Below, piece by piece: positions 13,728 to 26,718 of a stretch of DNA of 64,000 nucleotides; the first letter of the stretch is position 1; the number at the start of each line of letters is the position of its first letter. Location: positions 15,748,001 through 15,812,000 of the forward strand of contig OX597830.1 in the NCBI GenBank assembly GCA_951406725.2, given 5' to 3'. Both the position numbers and the translations under genes were made by a program. The stretch comes from Octopus vulgaris (Eukaryota). The notes beneath the pieces are model-generated. The model searched no databases, was not told the origin of the DNA, and saw only the letters and a program-made list of their open reading frames with translations.

Positions 13728-14086
13728 ATCAACTGTGTTTCTCTAAGCATTACACTCGCTAGTGTAAAGTGATGCGATGAATTTGCCAGTCAGGTCTAAA
13801 GAAAACACCCAGTAAACCCCCACTGATTAGAGAAGATGTCTAGTCAGGATTACTTAAGAGAGGTCACTAAAAACAAAATATGTACCAAGCTACAGAAACC
13901 CGGTTAGGTCTGGTTGTGCATGCATGTATGAGTGTGTATATAGCAGTGAGTTACCGAAATATACCGCAAGTGATAGCAGTCTTCCGCATTAACTGAGTTT
14001 AATGATACTTAACGATTCTGTGATATTCTTTTCTTGTATATCTTACCAGGGGACCCGACTCCACTAACCATGCTAATGCCCGTTAA

Positions 14087-14483
14087 CCCTTTAGCATTTA
14101 AACCGGCCAAAAGTATTCTGCCTGTTTTATGTTCAAACTGGCCAGATCTGATCTCTCACACCAACCCTACAACATCTTTTAAAAAATTAACAGCAACCTC
14201 ATCAAAATCTCATAGCTACAAGATAAGCCATGATTAGTTCAAAACAATGTGGATGAAAAAAGATTAATTTTGGCAGAATAATCATCATCATCATCATCAT
14301 CATCGTTTAACGTCCATTCTCCATGCTAGTATGGGTTGAACGGTTCGACCGGGGATCTGGGAAGCCAAAAGGCTGCACCAGGCTCCGGTCTTATCTGGCA
14401 ATGTTTCTACAGCTGGATGCCCTTCCTAACGCCAACCACTCCGTGAGTGTAGTGGGTGCTTTTTACGTACAAACACTAAAGGG
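14087..14483. mobile_element. piggyBac-type MITE F1 with a nested family D element (~14282-14470)
   Basis: TTAA-CCCTTT/AAAGGG-TTAA termini; D insert near the right end relative to the 50279 copy. Confidence 0.8.
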
Positions 14484-15190
14484 TTAAGGACTGATTGCTA
14501 AGTATTAGGTTGCTCACCTGTGATTCCTCTCTGCCAAACTCCACCACAACCACCACCACCACCACCACCACCACCTTCGCTTGTACAATAAATGCTATTG
14601 TGTTATTTACTTTCTCCATAACTGAATATTTCTCTTGCTCTTGGCATTAAGCTTCCTGTTTCTGTTAATTTAATTGGTAATTTGATTTGGTGAATTAATT
14701 CTGCTCTTGTGTTACTAATTACTTTAGCTTTAATATGACATGTAGGCACGCACACACACACACATACACACACACACACAAGGCTTATAGTCTATTTTTG
14801 CTGCATTTAATTACCATAGAAATTGTATTAATCATAACTTTGCTGAAAAGTTGTAATTTCTGAATGGTCGACATGAACATTGTTCCGTGCTTTGAAGACG
14901 TATATATAACCTTGAATTGCGTGTGGACTGGTTACTGACCAAAAAAATGCTGTATAATCTCCCAAATACGGTGTAATCTGCCAAATGAGTGGATCTGCAA
15001 GATTTTTAAATTGATTGTGAAACACTAAGTGCACAACATGAGATCCATTCAACAACGAGTGATCGGTCTTTAGTTAATAGTTACAAATTGCTATACAAGA
15101 AGGTCACAGTTGCAGGGGGAGGGGGTCATTTCTAAACTTTTGAGAAGTAGCAGTACAGTAGTAGTAGTAGTAGTAGTAGTGGTAGTAGTT

Positions 15191-15499
15191 TTGTTTGTCT
15201 GTTCCTTCTCAAGCCATGCCTGGCTCATAAGGGCCGGTTTCCCGGTCTCCTTGGCGTATAGGTTCCCCACCTGGACGGTACGCCGGTCCGTCGCAGGTGA
15301 GCTGCAAGATACAGGAGGAAAGAGTGAGAGAAAGTTGTGGCGAAAGAGTCAGCAGAAGTTCGCCATTACCTTCTACCGAAGCCGCGTGGAGCTTAGGTGT
15401 TTTCGCTCATAAACACACACATCGCCCGGTCTGAGATTCGAACCCATGATCCCTCGACCGCGAGTCCGCTGCTCTAACCACTAGGCCATGTGTCTCCAC
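15191..15499 (-). mobile_element. tRNA(Arg)-like SINE family C
   Basis: Head TGGCCTAGTGGTTAGAGCAGCGGACTCGCGGTCGAGGG..GGTTCGAATCTC; reverse complement of 19393-19700. Confidence 0.9.
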
Positions 15500-15691
15500 T
15501 AGTAGTAGAACAACAACAACAATAACAAAAAAGCTGCTCACAGTGCATGATGCATATCACTGTAAAAGTAACCTCAACAGGCTCTACATGTCCTGAAAGG
15601 AAGGAGGTAGTGGGTTCTCAAATGGAGAAGGCCCCTTCGGTTCTGCAATGTTGGGTTTGAAAAACAGTTACGCATTGGAAATAAACGTAAT

Positions 15692-16085
15692 AGGCGCAGG
15701 AGTGGCTGTGTGGTAAGTAGCTTGCTAACCAACCACATGGTTCCGGGTTCAGTCCCACTGCGTGGCATCTTGGGCAAGTGTCTTCTGCTATAGCCCCGGG
15801 CCGACCAAAGCCTTGTGAGTGGATTTGGTAGGCGGACACTGAAAGAAGCCTGTCGTATATATATGTATATATATATATGTGTGTGTGTGTTTGTCCCCCT
15901 AGCATTGCTTGACAACTGATGCTGGTGTGTTTACGTCCCCGTCACTTAGCGGTTCGGCAAAAGAGACCGATAGAATAAGTACTGGGCTTACAAAGAATAA
16001 GTCCCGGGGTCGATTTGCTTGACTAAAGGCGGTGCTCCAGCATGGCCACAGTCAAATGACTGAAACAAGTAAAAGTAAAAGAGTA
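15692..16085 (+). mobile_element. SINE family A, full length
   Basis: Complete head to GTAAAAGAG tail. Confidence 0.9.
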
Positions 16086-16590
16086 TCTGCAGCGAGAAAT
16101 ATGAAAGAAGCCAATGCAATTGGTGAGAGAATTCAAGAAGGTGAAGAAGAAGAAGAAGAAGAAGAAGAAGAAGAAGCAAGACAGGAGAAATATCTGGGAA
16201 GAGAAGGGATTGGACGACCAGGTCCTGCAACGAACCAACAGTGTCAGAGCATTGAGTTAGCAATATTACCATATGGAAGTAGAGTGGATATGAAGGAAAC
16301 GGGAAATTGAGAAGTGCCAGGATCTAAGCAAAGAGAGATGAAGAGAGATTGCAACACACAAAGAGGAAAATTGTTCCGGTTGAAATCAGTGTCTTTGATA
16401 CAAGCATCTAATCTACTGCCTGAGAGGCTGAAGGATATTGGAACTGTGAGACGTAGGGTCAGCCTGTATTGAAGTTCCATCCTGTGTCTCTCTATATTTC
16501 TGCTGTTTAATTGGGAAACATTTTTCTAGCAGCTGGTCTTTATCCATAAATCAGATCACAACACTATTTACCAATAATTTAATAAACACC

Positions 16591-16599
<9 letters not shown>

Positions 16600-16640
<41 letters not shown>

Positions 16641-16790
16641 CATTGTGTACAGTGCTCAGGTGCACTACAACTCATCTAAAGTGTATGTATAATCAGGTGT
16701 AGTTTCGACGGATTTCGGAAAGCATGAGGGCCTTAAAGGATGCAGTGTCATGGCAGTCAACAACTGACGCAGGCAGTTTATTCCATATGT
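16600..16790 (-). mobile_element. CR1-type LINE 3' fragment
   Basis: Homologous to 38270-38590; (TTA)n tail; minus strand encodes WNKLPASVV. Confidence 0.65.
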
Positions 16791-17023
16791 GTAGTACCAC
16801 AGTACAGCATTTATATTACATTAAGTATATCCTGGAAATATGTATTATTCAGGTTTGAAGTTTATTATACAAAATGTCAGCGATGATTTGTTATGTATAT
16901 TTAATCATAACATGTCTCATATGAACAGCCATTTGACCTACTTGTCAAATGCTGACCATGCCTTGACAATAACAATATATTTTTAAAACCATCATCATCA
17001 ATATCGCCATCAATTTTTCTTAA

Positions 17024-17441
17024 GCTTTTAGCATTCAGACTACCCTGCCAAATGCTTCTTTATTCACATTGTGTTGAATTAACCCTTTTCGTTACCAACC
17101 CGGCTGAAACCGGCTTTGGCTCTGAGTACAAATGTCTTGTTTTCATAAGTTTTGAATCAAAATCTTCCACCAAAACTTAGTCACAATTTATGTTCCTAAC
17201 ACTAGCTGAATGATAACTAAGTTATTTTACAAAATTCTTTGTTATATATAAAGTAATTGAAAGAATCACTGAACATCTCAAAATAAATACAGTAACAAAA
17301 GGGTTAATCATGGATTATCCTGTAACTTTGAGATGTTGATGATGTGACAGTATATTTTTTTTAGACTGACATTGTAGGGTTGGTGTGAGAGGCTAGATCT
17401 GGCCAGTTTGGCTAGATATGGTTGGTTTAAATGCTGAAGGG
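17024..17441. mobile_element. piggyBac-type MITE F1 containing nested MITE F2 (17083-17303)
   Basis: F2 is flanked by TTAA on both sides at a site that is a single TTAA in other F1 copies (gaattaatcatg, ~42580). Confidence 0.85.
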
Positions 17442-18259
17442 TTAACTAAGGCAGCCAGTTGTTGGGGTGCCACTCCAGATGCTTCTGCAGTCAGCCGTTG
17501 CCACTGATCCCTATTCTCTGTCATGTGTAGCTTGGTTGAAGTGTTGCGACCTGTTCAGTCCTAATTTAAAGCCATGCTTAGCTTTAAAACTCCACTCCTT
17601 TCATTACCTTTTCATTAAACAACTTATCAACATCTATATGCCATCGTTAGTTCTCAATGAGGCACAACTGTCTAATGCTCTCTTATAGAGGTTTAGTCAT
17701 TCAACCCAGTCCATCACTGCTAGAATTCTGGTATTTAGCGCTTAGTCATCTGCTTGTTCTTCATCCTCAAGGCTGTTTTATGATAATAATAATAATAATG
17801 AAATTATTGTATACAGTGCTCAGGTGCACCACAACTTGTCAGACAGTGCATATAAAGCACATGCAGTAATGTACAAATGTCTGGAAAGCGATCAATGCAT
17901 GAGTCAGATACATGCTTGTGTGTGTATGTATTCGCTTCCCCATTTCCCTTGTTTCCATTCCCTAAGTACTTTCCATTTCTTTCTAATTCTTCCCTTTTTT
18001 ATTCTACAACAAACGATACATCAATACATCTATTCCCATCACACATTATACACACTGACCTTGCTTTGCCTTGAACAAGTCTCATAACTCGGGCCAGTTT
18101 GTCTGGAAATAACACACTGTGATAACAGCACTGTGACAAAGTAACTGTTGATAAGCTTATTGTTCTGTCTTCAAATCTTGCCAAAATAAAACTGATCTTG
18201 CCAAGTACTTTATCAGTGGCCCCCAACAACAGTTGCATAAAAACAATCTCTCAAATAAC

Positions 18260-18664
18260 CAGGAGTGGCTGTGTGGTAAGTAGCTTGCTAACCAACCACA
18301 TGGTTCCGGGTTCAGTCCCACTGCGTGGCATCTTGGGCAAGTGTCTTCTACTATAGCCTCGGGCCGACCAATGCCTTGGGAGTGGATTTGGTAGACGGAA
18401 ACAGAAAGAAGCCCGACGTATATATGTATATATATATATATGCGTGTGTGTGTTTGTGTGTCTGTGTTTGTCCCCCTAGCATTGCTTGACAACCGATACT
18501 GGTGTGTTTATGTCCCCGTTACTTAGCGGTTCGGCAAAAGAGACCGATAGAATAAGTACTGGGCTTACAAAAGAATAAGTCCCGGGGTCGAGTTGCTCGA
18601 TTAAAGGCGGTGCTCCAGCATGGCCGCAGTCAAATGACTGAAACAAGTAAAAGAGTAAAGAGTA
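18260..18664 (+). mobile_element. SINE family A
   Basis: Near full-length match. Confidence 0.9.
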
Positions 18665-19392
18665 ATAATCGTTTCTCGAACATGTATCAATATTGAAAAC
18701 ACAGGACTTCATTTTGCTTTCTGTTATTTTATCACTGACTGTTTTACTATCGGGTTTTATACTAAGCTGTTATTTACCGACTTACAGATCTATATCCGTT
18801 GCTTTTCACACTGTTCTCCGTCCTCTTCTTACTGTCCCTAGCACTCTCTCGCTCATCTCTTACGACAAAGGCTTTATTGATGTAACCAGTAAATTAACTT
18901 GATTTAACTCGCTTCCCCCCCTCTACCAACACCATTTTCCCACAGCTTTCTAGATTAATAGGATTTCTGGTTATTGAAGAAGCTTTTCTACATGCAAATA
19001 ACATTAGCTGCCGTCCATGTGCTTTAATGTAGATACATGTTTGACCGTCTGTTTTGCTATTCTTTTAGTGTTATTGTAGTCGTCTTCCACACTTGCATGT
19101 GTCAGCCGACAACTGTTGCAAACAATGGATCTTATCTCTGCAAACTTCATTAATTATGTGGCGACTAAAAATAATTACCCAACGTTTTTTTTTTTTTTTT
19201 CACTCTATATAATCTGTTGTCTTAACTATTGTACCAAACTCTACAGTGATATATAGCTCTTTCTCTCTCTCCTCTCTCTCTCTCTCTCCCTCCCTCTCTC
19301 AAATATTCACAATGTGCTCCCCATATTGTTTCCATCTCCCAAATTCCATTCACTGGATCTAAGTAAACCCATGGTTACAGTATAATAGTGCA

Positions 19393-19700
19393 GTGGAGGC
19401 ACATGGCCTAGTGGTTAGAGCAGCGGACTCGCGGTCGAGGGACAGCGGGTTCGAGTCTCAGACCGGGCGATGTCTGTGTTTATGAGCGAAAACACCTAAG
19501 CTTCACGTGGCTCCGGTAGAAGGTATTGGAGAAACTTCTGCTGACTCTTTTGCCACAACTTTCTCTCACTCTTTCCTCCTGCATCTTGCAGCTCACCTGC
19601 GACGGACCGGCGTCCCATCCAGGTGGGGAACTTATACGCCAAGGAAACCGGGAAACCGGCCCTTATGAGTCAGGCGTGGCTCGAGAAGGAAAAAACTAAA
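19393..19700 (+). mobile_element. tRNA(Arg)-like SINE family C
   Basis: A and B boxes; 13-bp TSD tataatagtgcag (19381-19393 and 19702-19714). Confidence 0.9.
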
Positions 19701-20253
19701 CTATAATAGTGCAGGTTGGACAGCTTCAATCCGATGACTGTGGGACCTAGCCATTGCCAGACCAGAGAAAAACACCACAAAATACCAGTAATTAATCACT
19801 AAACGGAGCCCCTATCTAAACATGGTGTTGCCATCTTATTTCACATGCTCACTGACGTCACATCAAAACTAGAACAAAGCTTAAAAGAGGCAATATTACA
19901 ACTTATAATGTTTCCAAATAAGGAGTTTATTGTTTTGTGTAAGATATAATTCTAAAACTAAAAATGCCCCTGTGGCAGATAACAAGCTATGGTGGCAGAC
20001 CTGAAACATTGAGTACCTGATTTAAAAGGTTCAGCTTATATCACTAAACATAGGTTCAGAACATATTCATATTCTGAACCTATGTTCAGGCGCAGGAGTG
20101 GCTGTGTGGTAAGTAGCTTGTTTACCAACCACATGGTTCCGGGTTCAGTCCCACTGCGTGGCACCTTGGGCAAGTGTCTTCTACTATAGCCTCGGGCCGA
20201 CCAAAGCCTTGTGAGTGGATTTGGTAGACGGAAACTGAAAGAAGCCCGTCGTA

Positions 20254-20286
<33 letters not shown>

Positions 20287-20498
20287 GTAGGTCCCGGGTT
20301 GAGTCGGGGTTAACCACAGTAAATAAGGTACTCAATACATAGCAGAGTAAATTAATTTATTTTATAGAAGGAGCTTCTACAGGACTAGAACTGTTTCATT
20401 CAAAAGAAATCATCAGGAAGCTCTGATGATTTCTTTTGAATGATGATGATTTCTTTTGAATGAAACAGTTCTAGTCCTGTAGAAGCTCCTTCTATAAA

Positions 20499-20504
<6 letters not shown>
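20287..20504. mobile_element. Penelope-like element pseudo-LTR fragment with partial inverted duplication
   Basis: Inserted in (TA)n; ~60-bp inverted arms (20355-20415 and 20444-20504); hammerhead motif and AATAAA, both hallmarks of PLE pLTRs. Confidence 0.65.
20372..20422 (-). ncRNA. Type I hammerhead ribozyme motif
   Basis: AGCTTC-CTGATGA-TTTCTTTTGAAT-GAA-ACAG-TTCTAGTC-CTGT-A-GAAGCT: 6-bp stem I, full core, 4-bp stem III, GUA cleavage triplet; stem II weak. Confidence 0.75.
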
Positions 20505-20540
<36 letters not shown>

Positions 20541-21368
20541 GTGTGTGTGTTTGTCCCCCTAGCATTGCTTGACAACCGATGCTGGTGTGTTTATGTCCCC
20601 GTTACTTAGCGGTTCGGCAAAAGAGACCGATAGAATAAGTACTGGGCTTACAAAAGAATAAGTCCCGGGGTCGAGTTGCTCGATTAAAGGCCGTGCTCCA
20701 GCATGGCCGCAGTCAAATGACTGAAACAAGTAAAAGAGTAAAAGAGTGTATAATTTTAAAATGTGAGTTTTGAATATTTCATTTCTTTTCCATAGATATT
20801 TCTTATCATCATTTCAATATCCTTCAGCATGTTTTTGCCTGATATATCATGATACGTTAAGCCTCCTTATTCGAAAACAATAACCGTAGCTGCCGTCAAC
20901 TGAGATTTCAAATATTACATATTAAATGTAGATTTTGAAAAGCTAAGTGAATTATGAGATAAAAATGGAAACACTTAGTGCCACTTGGGTCTGACAGGAA
21001 ATCCTAGCATTAGCTGTATTGGACAGGTTTTTTTTTCCCCCTCATAATGTCTCCATACAGACCAGACAGTTTTACGTTACTGTCTCCCTGCAATGCTGGA
21101 ACAATCCTAACAATTGTAGCAATCAACAAAACAGATCTGCTATAAATATTCTCATGATGAACAGACTTTCTTCTGACGTTTATATGTTTAAGGGTGATGA
21201 ACTGGTTTTGAGTTCAAGTTACAGCCTAGGTCATCCTGTTTCTTTTTTGTTTTTTTTTTTAAATTCCAGACTGCATTATCCAATGTATCCTTTCTCTATT
21301 AAAATAGTAGGATGGAATTTTTGTATGATTCAGCTGCTATTTCTAGCTGATTGACCAGCTCTGTAGAA

Positions 21369-21612
21369 CCATGGTTCTCAACTGGGGTCCATATAAGATT
21401 TCGTAGTTAAAATTTATGTGCAATAATTTGCTTATAATTCTGCAAAACACAAAATATTTGAATTTTTTTATTCGTTATATAATTCCTAATAATATTTAAT
21501 TTAAAAAATAGAGTAGGATTTTTTTAATATCTACATCGAATGGCTATGGAGGTCCAGTAGGGTAAAATAGGCAACAAAAGGGTCCCTAGAAAAAAAATGG
21601 TTGTGAGCCCTG
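21369..21612. mobile_element. Degenerate hAT-like MITE
   Basis: ccatggttctcaac ... gttgtgagccctg termini with repeated ggggtcc motifs; TSD unclear. Confidence 0.45.
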
Positions 21613-21855
21613 ACCATAGAAGATCCTCATTGAGAGAATTTGTGAAATTGATATTTATATAGTAGGCAATGTATTATCCTCGTCATAATCTTTGCATCCA
21701 CCTTCCCCATTTTGGCATGGGTTGGGCAGCTCCTCTCTGACCAAGTTTGTTAAATTACTACCCCTCTTAGATGGGTCAAGGACCATTTCTCACGTGTTCC
21801 ACGTTTTTTGTGGATGGTTACCTTTCTTGTTGCCAACCACTTTACAAACCACACC

Positions 21856-22743
21856 AGGTAGATCTTATTATCTGGAGCTCATTTCATCTGTCTTTAGATT
21901 CTGAGTTCAAATTCCACCAAGGTCAACTTTGCCTTTCGTCCTTTCAGGGGTCGATAATTTAAATACCTATTTCTTTACTACCCACAAGGGGCGAAACACA
22001 GAGAGGATAAACAAGGACAGACAAACGGATTAAGTCAATTATATCGACCCCAGTGCATAACTGGATGAAAGGCAAAGTCGACCTTGGCGGAATTTGAACC
22101 CAGAACGTAACGGCAGACAAAATACCACTAAGCATTTCGCCCAGCATGCTAACGATTCTGCCAGCTCACTTGCGTACTGGGGTTGATCTAATCAACCGGC
22201 TCCCTCCTCAAAAATTTCGGGCTTTGTGCTTTGAGCAGAAAAGAATATTATCTGGAGTTCATTCTAGTGTTCTCTTTTCACACTGGCACTTCTACATGAT
22301 AACAGTTCTGAGGAATAGCTGGGATTTAGAAGAGAATTGAAAAGAAAAATGGCTGTAGTTTTGGGTTCAGTCCCACTGCATGGCACCTTTGGTTAGCAAG
22401 GGCGGTGAGCTGGTAGAATCGTTAGCGTGCCAGGCGAAATGCTTAGCGGTATTTCGTCTGCCACTACGTTCTGAGTTCAAATTCCGCCGAGGTCGACTTT
22501 GCCTTTCATCCTTTCGGGATTGATTAAATAAGTACCAGTTATGCACTGGGGGCGATATAATCAACTTAATCCGTTTATCAGTCCTTGTTTGTCCCTTCTG
22601 TGTTTAGCCCCTTGTGGGTAGTAAAGAAATAGGTATTTAAATTATCGACCCCTGAAAGGACGAAAGGCAAAGTTGACCTTGGTGGAATTTGAACTCAGAA
22701 TCTAAAGACAGATGAAATGAGCTCCAGATAATAAGATCTACCT
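21856..22743. repeat. Long inverted repeat with two 137-bp arms enclosing two opposed SINE-B copies
   Basis: 21856-21992 is the reverse complement of 22607-22743; the same peptide appears on both strands in the ORF track. Confidence 0.9.
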
Positions 22744-23350
22744 TTAAGGTTGTACCCCACAGTAGCCATTGTCTAAGGACTGAAACAAGTAAAAATTGTG
22801 TGTGTGTGTATTTATTTATGTGTGTGTGTGTGTTTGTTTGCCTCTGGGTACACACAGACATACACAAAAGAGGTATAGATGCAGCATTTAAGAAACAGTT
22901 TAACACTTGTCACTGAATGGGGTTATCTTCTTCAGAAGTTAAACTATTGACTTACTTTCTTAGCTGAGAATTAATAGCAAAGACCAATACTTCCAAAAGA
23001 AAAGCTGCTTTGAAAGTTATTTAGCTTTTGTGTAATGTAAAACCTGTGCAGTTTGGCCTTTCCTCTAAAATTAGCCAGCATTTTATACTTGATCGTTGGG
23101 TGTGCAAATACGTGTGTACATGTTGTGTGTGCTTGTACTGTGTGAGCTGTTCTTTTACCTCATCTCAGTGCAGATCCAGCAAGCTTATGGACAGAAGCCT
23201 TCCAACCATGGCCATCCTGTCTGTTTTTTTCAGACATAATATCTAGGACTATATTATCAAGTGTGTCCTTCCTCTTATTTTTAAGCTGGCTTGTGTAATA
23301 TGAGAGAGATTCGGCTGCTAGTTTATGCATGGTGTTGTGTGTATATATAT

Positions 23351-23772
23351 CTCTTTACTCTTTTACTTGGTTCAGTCAGTTGACTGCGGCCATGCTGGAG
23401 CATCGCCTTTAGTCGAGCAACTCGACCCCGGGACTTATTCTTTGTAAGCCCAGTACTTATTCTATCAGTCTCTTTTGCCGAACCGGTAAGTGACGGGGAC
23501 ATAAACACACCAGCATCGGTTGTCAAGCAATGCTAGAGGGACAAACACAAACATACACGCACATATACATATATATGTACATATATATACGACAGGCTTC
23601 TTTCAGTTTCCGTCTACCAAATCCACTCACAAGGCTTTGGTCGGCCCGAGGCTATAGTAGAAGACACTTGCCCAAGGTGCCACGCAGTGGGACTGAACCC
23701 AGAACCATGTGGTTGGTAAGCAAGCTACTTACCACACGGCCACTCCTGCTCTTAAAGTCTATATATATATAT

Positions 23773-23813
<41 letters not shown>

Positions 23814-24095
23814 TACGAACCCAGAACCATGTGGTTGGTAAGCAAGCTACTTACCACACAGCCACTCCTGCTGTTAAAGTCTATATATATATATATATAT
23901 ATAGATAGATAGATGTATATATACATATATACGATGGGCTTCTTTCAGTTTCCGTCTACCAAATCCACTCACAAGGCTTTGGTCTGCGTGAGGCTATAGT
24001 AGAAGACACTTGCCCAAGGTGCCACGCAGTGGGACTGAACCCAGAACCATGTGTTTGGTAAGCAAGCTATTTACCACACAGCCACTCCTGTGCCT
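23351..24095 (-). mobile_element. SINE family A, one full copy plus two tandem partial head duplications
   Basis: gaacccagaaccatgtg..ccactcctg occurs three times, separated by (TA)n. Confidence 0.85.
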
Positions 24096-24673
24096 ACATA
24101 TGTGGATGTATGCTTAGTATGCTGTTTGTATGTGTGTTGTATGTATATCTGAGTGTGTCTGCTGTTTGTTTCATCACATCTATAACTTATCTTTATTTTA
24201 TTTCTATTTATATATGAATAATAATGCTGATATCTTATCACTGAACATGTTGGCCACATGTATTGAGATTGATTTATATTCTGTGTGGACATGTTTACCA
24301 CTTTGTACATAATATAAATGATTTCAGTCATGAGGTACTCATATAACTGACATATCTTCCTCCAACACATTACATCTATGATATACATATGTAATTAATA
24401 TGGATTATTCCTGTGCATAGCCATTATAAAACGTATATGCAATAAAGCTTCTTCAAAAGCATGCTGCCATAATACAATTCTAAAATTAATACATGTTCTT
24501 CCTACACATAGCTGCTATAATGTAAATATATATTTCTACTCTACCCACAAGGGGCTAAACACAGAGGGGATAAACAAGGACAGACAAAGGGATTAAGTCG
24601 ATTACATCGACCCCAGTGCGTAACTGGTGCTAACGTTTCTGCCAGCTTGCCGCCTATAATGTAAATATAGTCC

Positions 24674-25510
24674 AGGTGCAGGCATTGCTGTGTGGTAGAG
24701 AAACTTCCTTCCCATCCATGTGGTCTTGAGTTCATTCCCACTCTCTGTACTCGTTTTACTCTTTTACTTGTTTCAGTCATGTGACTGTGGCCATGCTGGA
24801 GCACCGCCTTTAGTCGAGCAAATTGACCCCAGGACTTATTCTTTGTAAACCTAGTACTTATTCTATCGGTCTCTTTTGCCGAACTGCTAAGTTACAGGGA
24901 CGTAAACACACCAGCATCAGTTGTCAAGTGATGTTGGGGGAACAAACACAGACACAGAAATACACACACACACATACATACAACAAGCTTCTTTCAGTTT
25001 CTGTCTACCAAATCCACTGACAAGGCTTTGGTTGGCTCGAGGCTATAGCAGAAGACACTTACCCAAGGTGCCACACAGTGGGATTGAATCCAGAACCATG
25101 TGGTTGGTACGCAAGCTACTTACCACACAGCCACTCCTGCACCTATACATTGTGCAACACCTTGGGTAAGTGTCTTCTCCCACAGTCCTGGGCTGACTAA
25201 AACCTTGTCAGTGGATTTGATAGACGGAAACTGAGAGAAGCCTATTGTGTGTATGTGTGTGTGCTCTTGTCTAGACATCATGTGATGGCTGTTAGTGAGC
25301 ATCATCATCACCATCATCATCATCATTGAAGTGAAGTTATTCATTTCCAGTCATCCATAAAAACGTGTCTAAGGAAAATATTACTTTGTTTGGAAACAGG
25401 TGAGGATTGGCTCCAAGAGGGTCATCCAGTTTAGGAAACTTTGGTTCAACAAATTCTGACCGATCCATGAAAGCATGGAAAAGTGAATGTTAAATGATGG
25501 TGATGTTGAT
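24674..25510 (+). mobile_element. Old SINE with an A-type head and a D-like tail, interrupted by a younger minus-strand SINE A (24754-25144)
   Basis: Head at 24674-24745 resumes at ~25150 (caccttgggtaagtgtctt) and ends gcatggaaaagtgaatgttaaatgatg. Confidence 0.7.
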
Positions 25511-26529
25511 GATAGGCTACACAGCTTCCCTCAACACACCACTGTTATAATAATACAAATCAATTCCCACCAGCGAAAATAGAATTATAAATCCAATAGC
25601 TATCCTATTATATGTTAGTAGTAATTATGACGAGATAGAATCCAATAATATATAAGTTGAAATTAACGAGTTAATTGACTAAAATCCACATTGCAAAGTG
25701 ATTCACAACTGGTGTAATTCTTGTGTAGCAATCTGCGGTTTGCTTTAGCATCATCAATGTTGCTTCGTTAAACAATACTGCTTTGCAAGCACCTGCTTAA
25801 AGTGCACATAGCCATTCACAAGCTTCACTTGGTAATTACAATTAATGTCATTAGCTGCTTAGATAAACAATGTTATTGGTTAATTATGTGGTAAATACTA
25901 GAGTGAGGCAGTAAATTGTTGCCATGCAGACTTAACAGCATCATTTGATATTCTGACTGCAACTTCATTACATCACTTATGCCATTGACATTTGTAAGCG
26001 AGGCATAAACGGTATACAATCTCATTTTGTCTCTTCATTGGAATCGGAACAATTGCTGGCTCTGCCAATAATGGATTGCTATCAGGTTCGACAATGTGTA
26101 TTTAGTTTTTTTTTTTTTTTTTTTTTATCTATTACCTGAACTACCTGTTGATTGAATTCATATCAGTGATGATTTGCTGATGGGAAATGTCAACAGTGTC
26201 ACTGCTTGAGACCCAGTTGCAAACAGCGAGTGATGTCAACGTTTGCATCTCTCTCATAAGAAGCAGCATCGTCATCATTCGTAGCCGTAGCTCAGTGCAG
26301 CTGGTAAGCATTAACAACGGCGTATGCACACATTGACACACACGCACAAACATGTGCACTCACATGCACATGTTTACAAGAGGCTTCTTTCAGTTTCCTT
26401 GTGCTAAATTTCCTACACAAAGTACTGGTTGGCCCAAAGGCTATGGTAAGAAATGCTGGGCCCAAGGTGCCACACAATAGGACTGAACCTGAATAAACAT
26501 AGTTGAGAACCTGAATAAACATGGTTGAG

Positions 26530-26718
26530 AAGCACCATCCGATCGTGGCCGTTTGCCAGCCCCGTCTGGCACGTAAAAAGCACCCACTACACTCACGGAG
26601 TGGTTGGCGTTAGGAAGGGCATCCAGCTGTAGAAATATTGCCAGATCAGACCCCAGTTGCACCGTCCAACCCATGCCAGCATGGAAAGCGGATGCTAAAC
26701 AATGATGATGATGATGAT
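26530..26718 (+). mobile_element. Family D tail element
   Basis: GGAAGGGCATCCAGC...(GAT)n; another degenerate copy at ~27003-27178. Confidence 0.8.

Larger units (their letters stand above)
20088..20747 (+). mobile_element. SINE family A interrupted by a Penelope-like fragment
   Basis: SINE halves flank a 218-nt insert in the internal (TA)n. Confidence 0.9.

Noticed and set aside
15430-15499. tRNA-Arg-like sequence (also at 19393)
   Set aside because: SINE head with no proper acceptor stem; followed by a SINE body and TSD
16032-16310. ORF with poly-Glu
   Set aside because: Starts in a SINE tail and runs through (GAA)n; no fitting splice sites, and the neighbouring exons already join in frame
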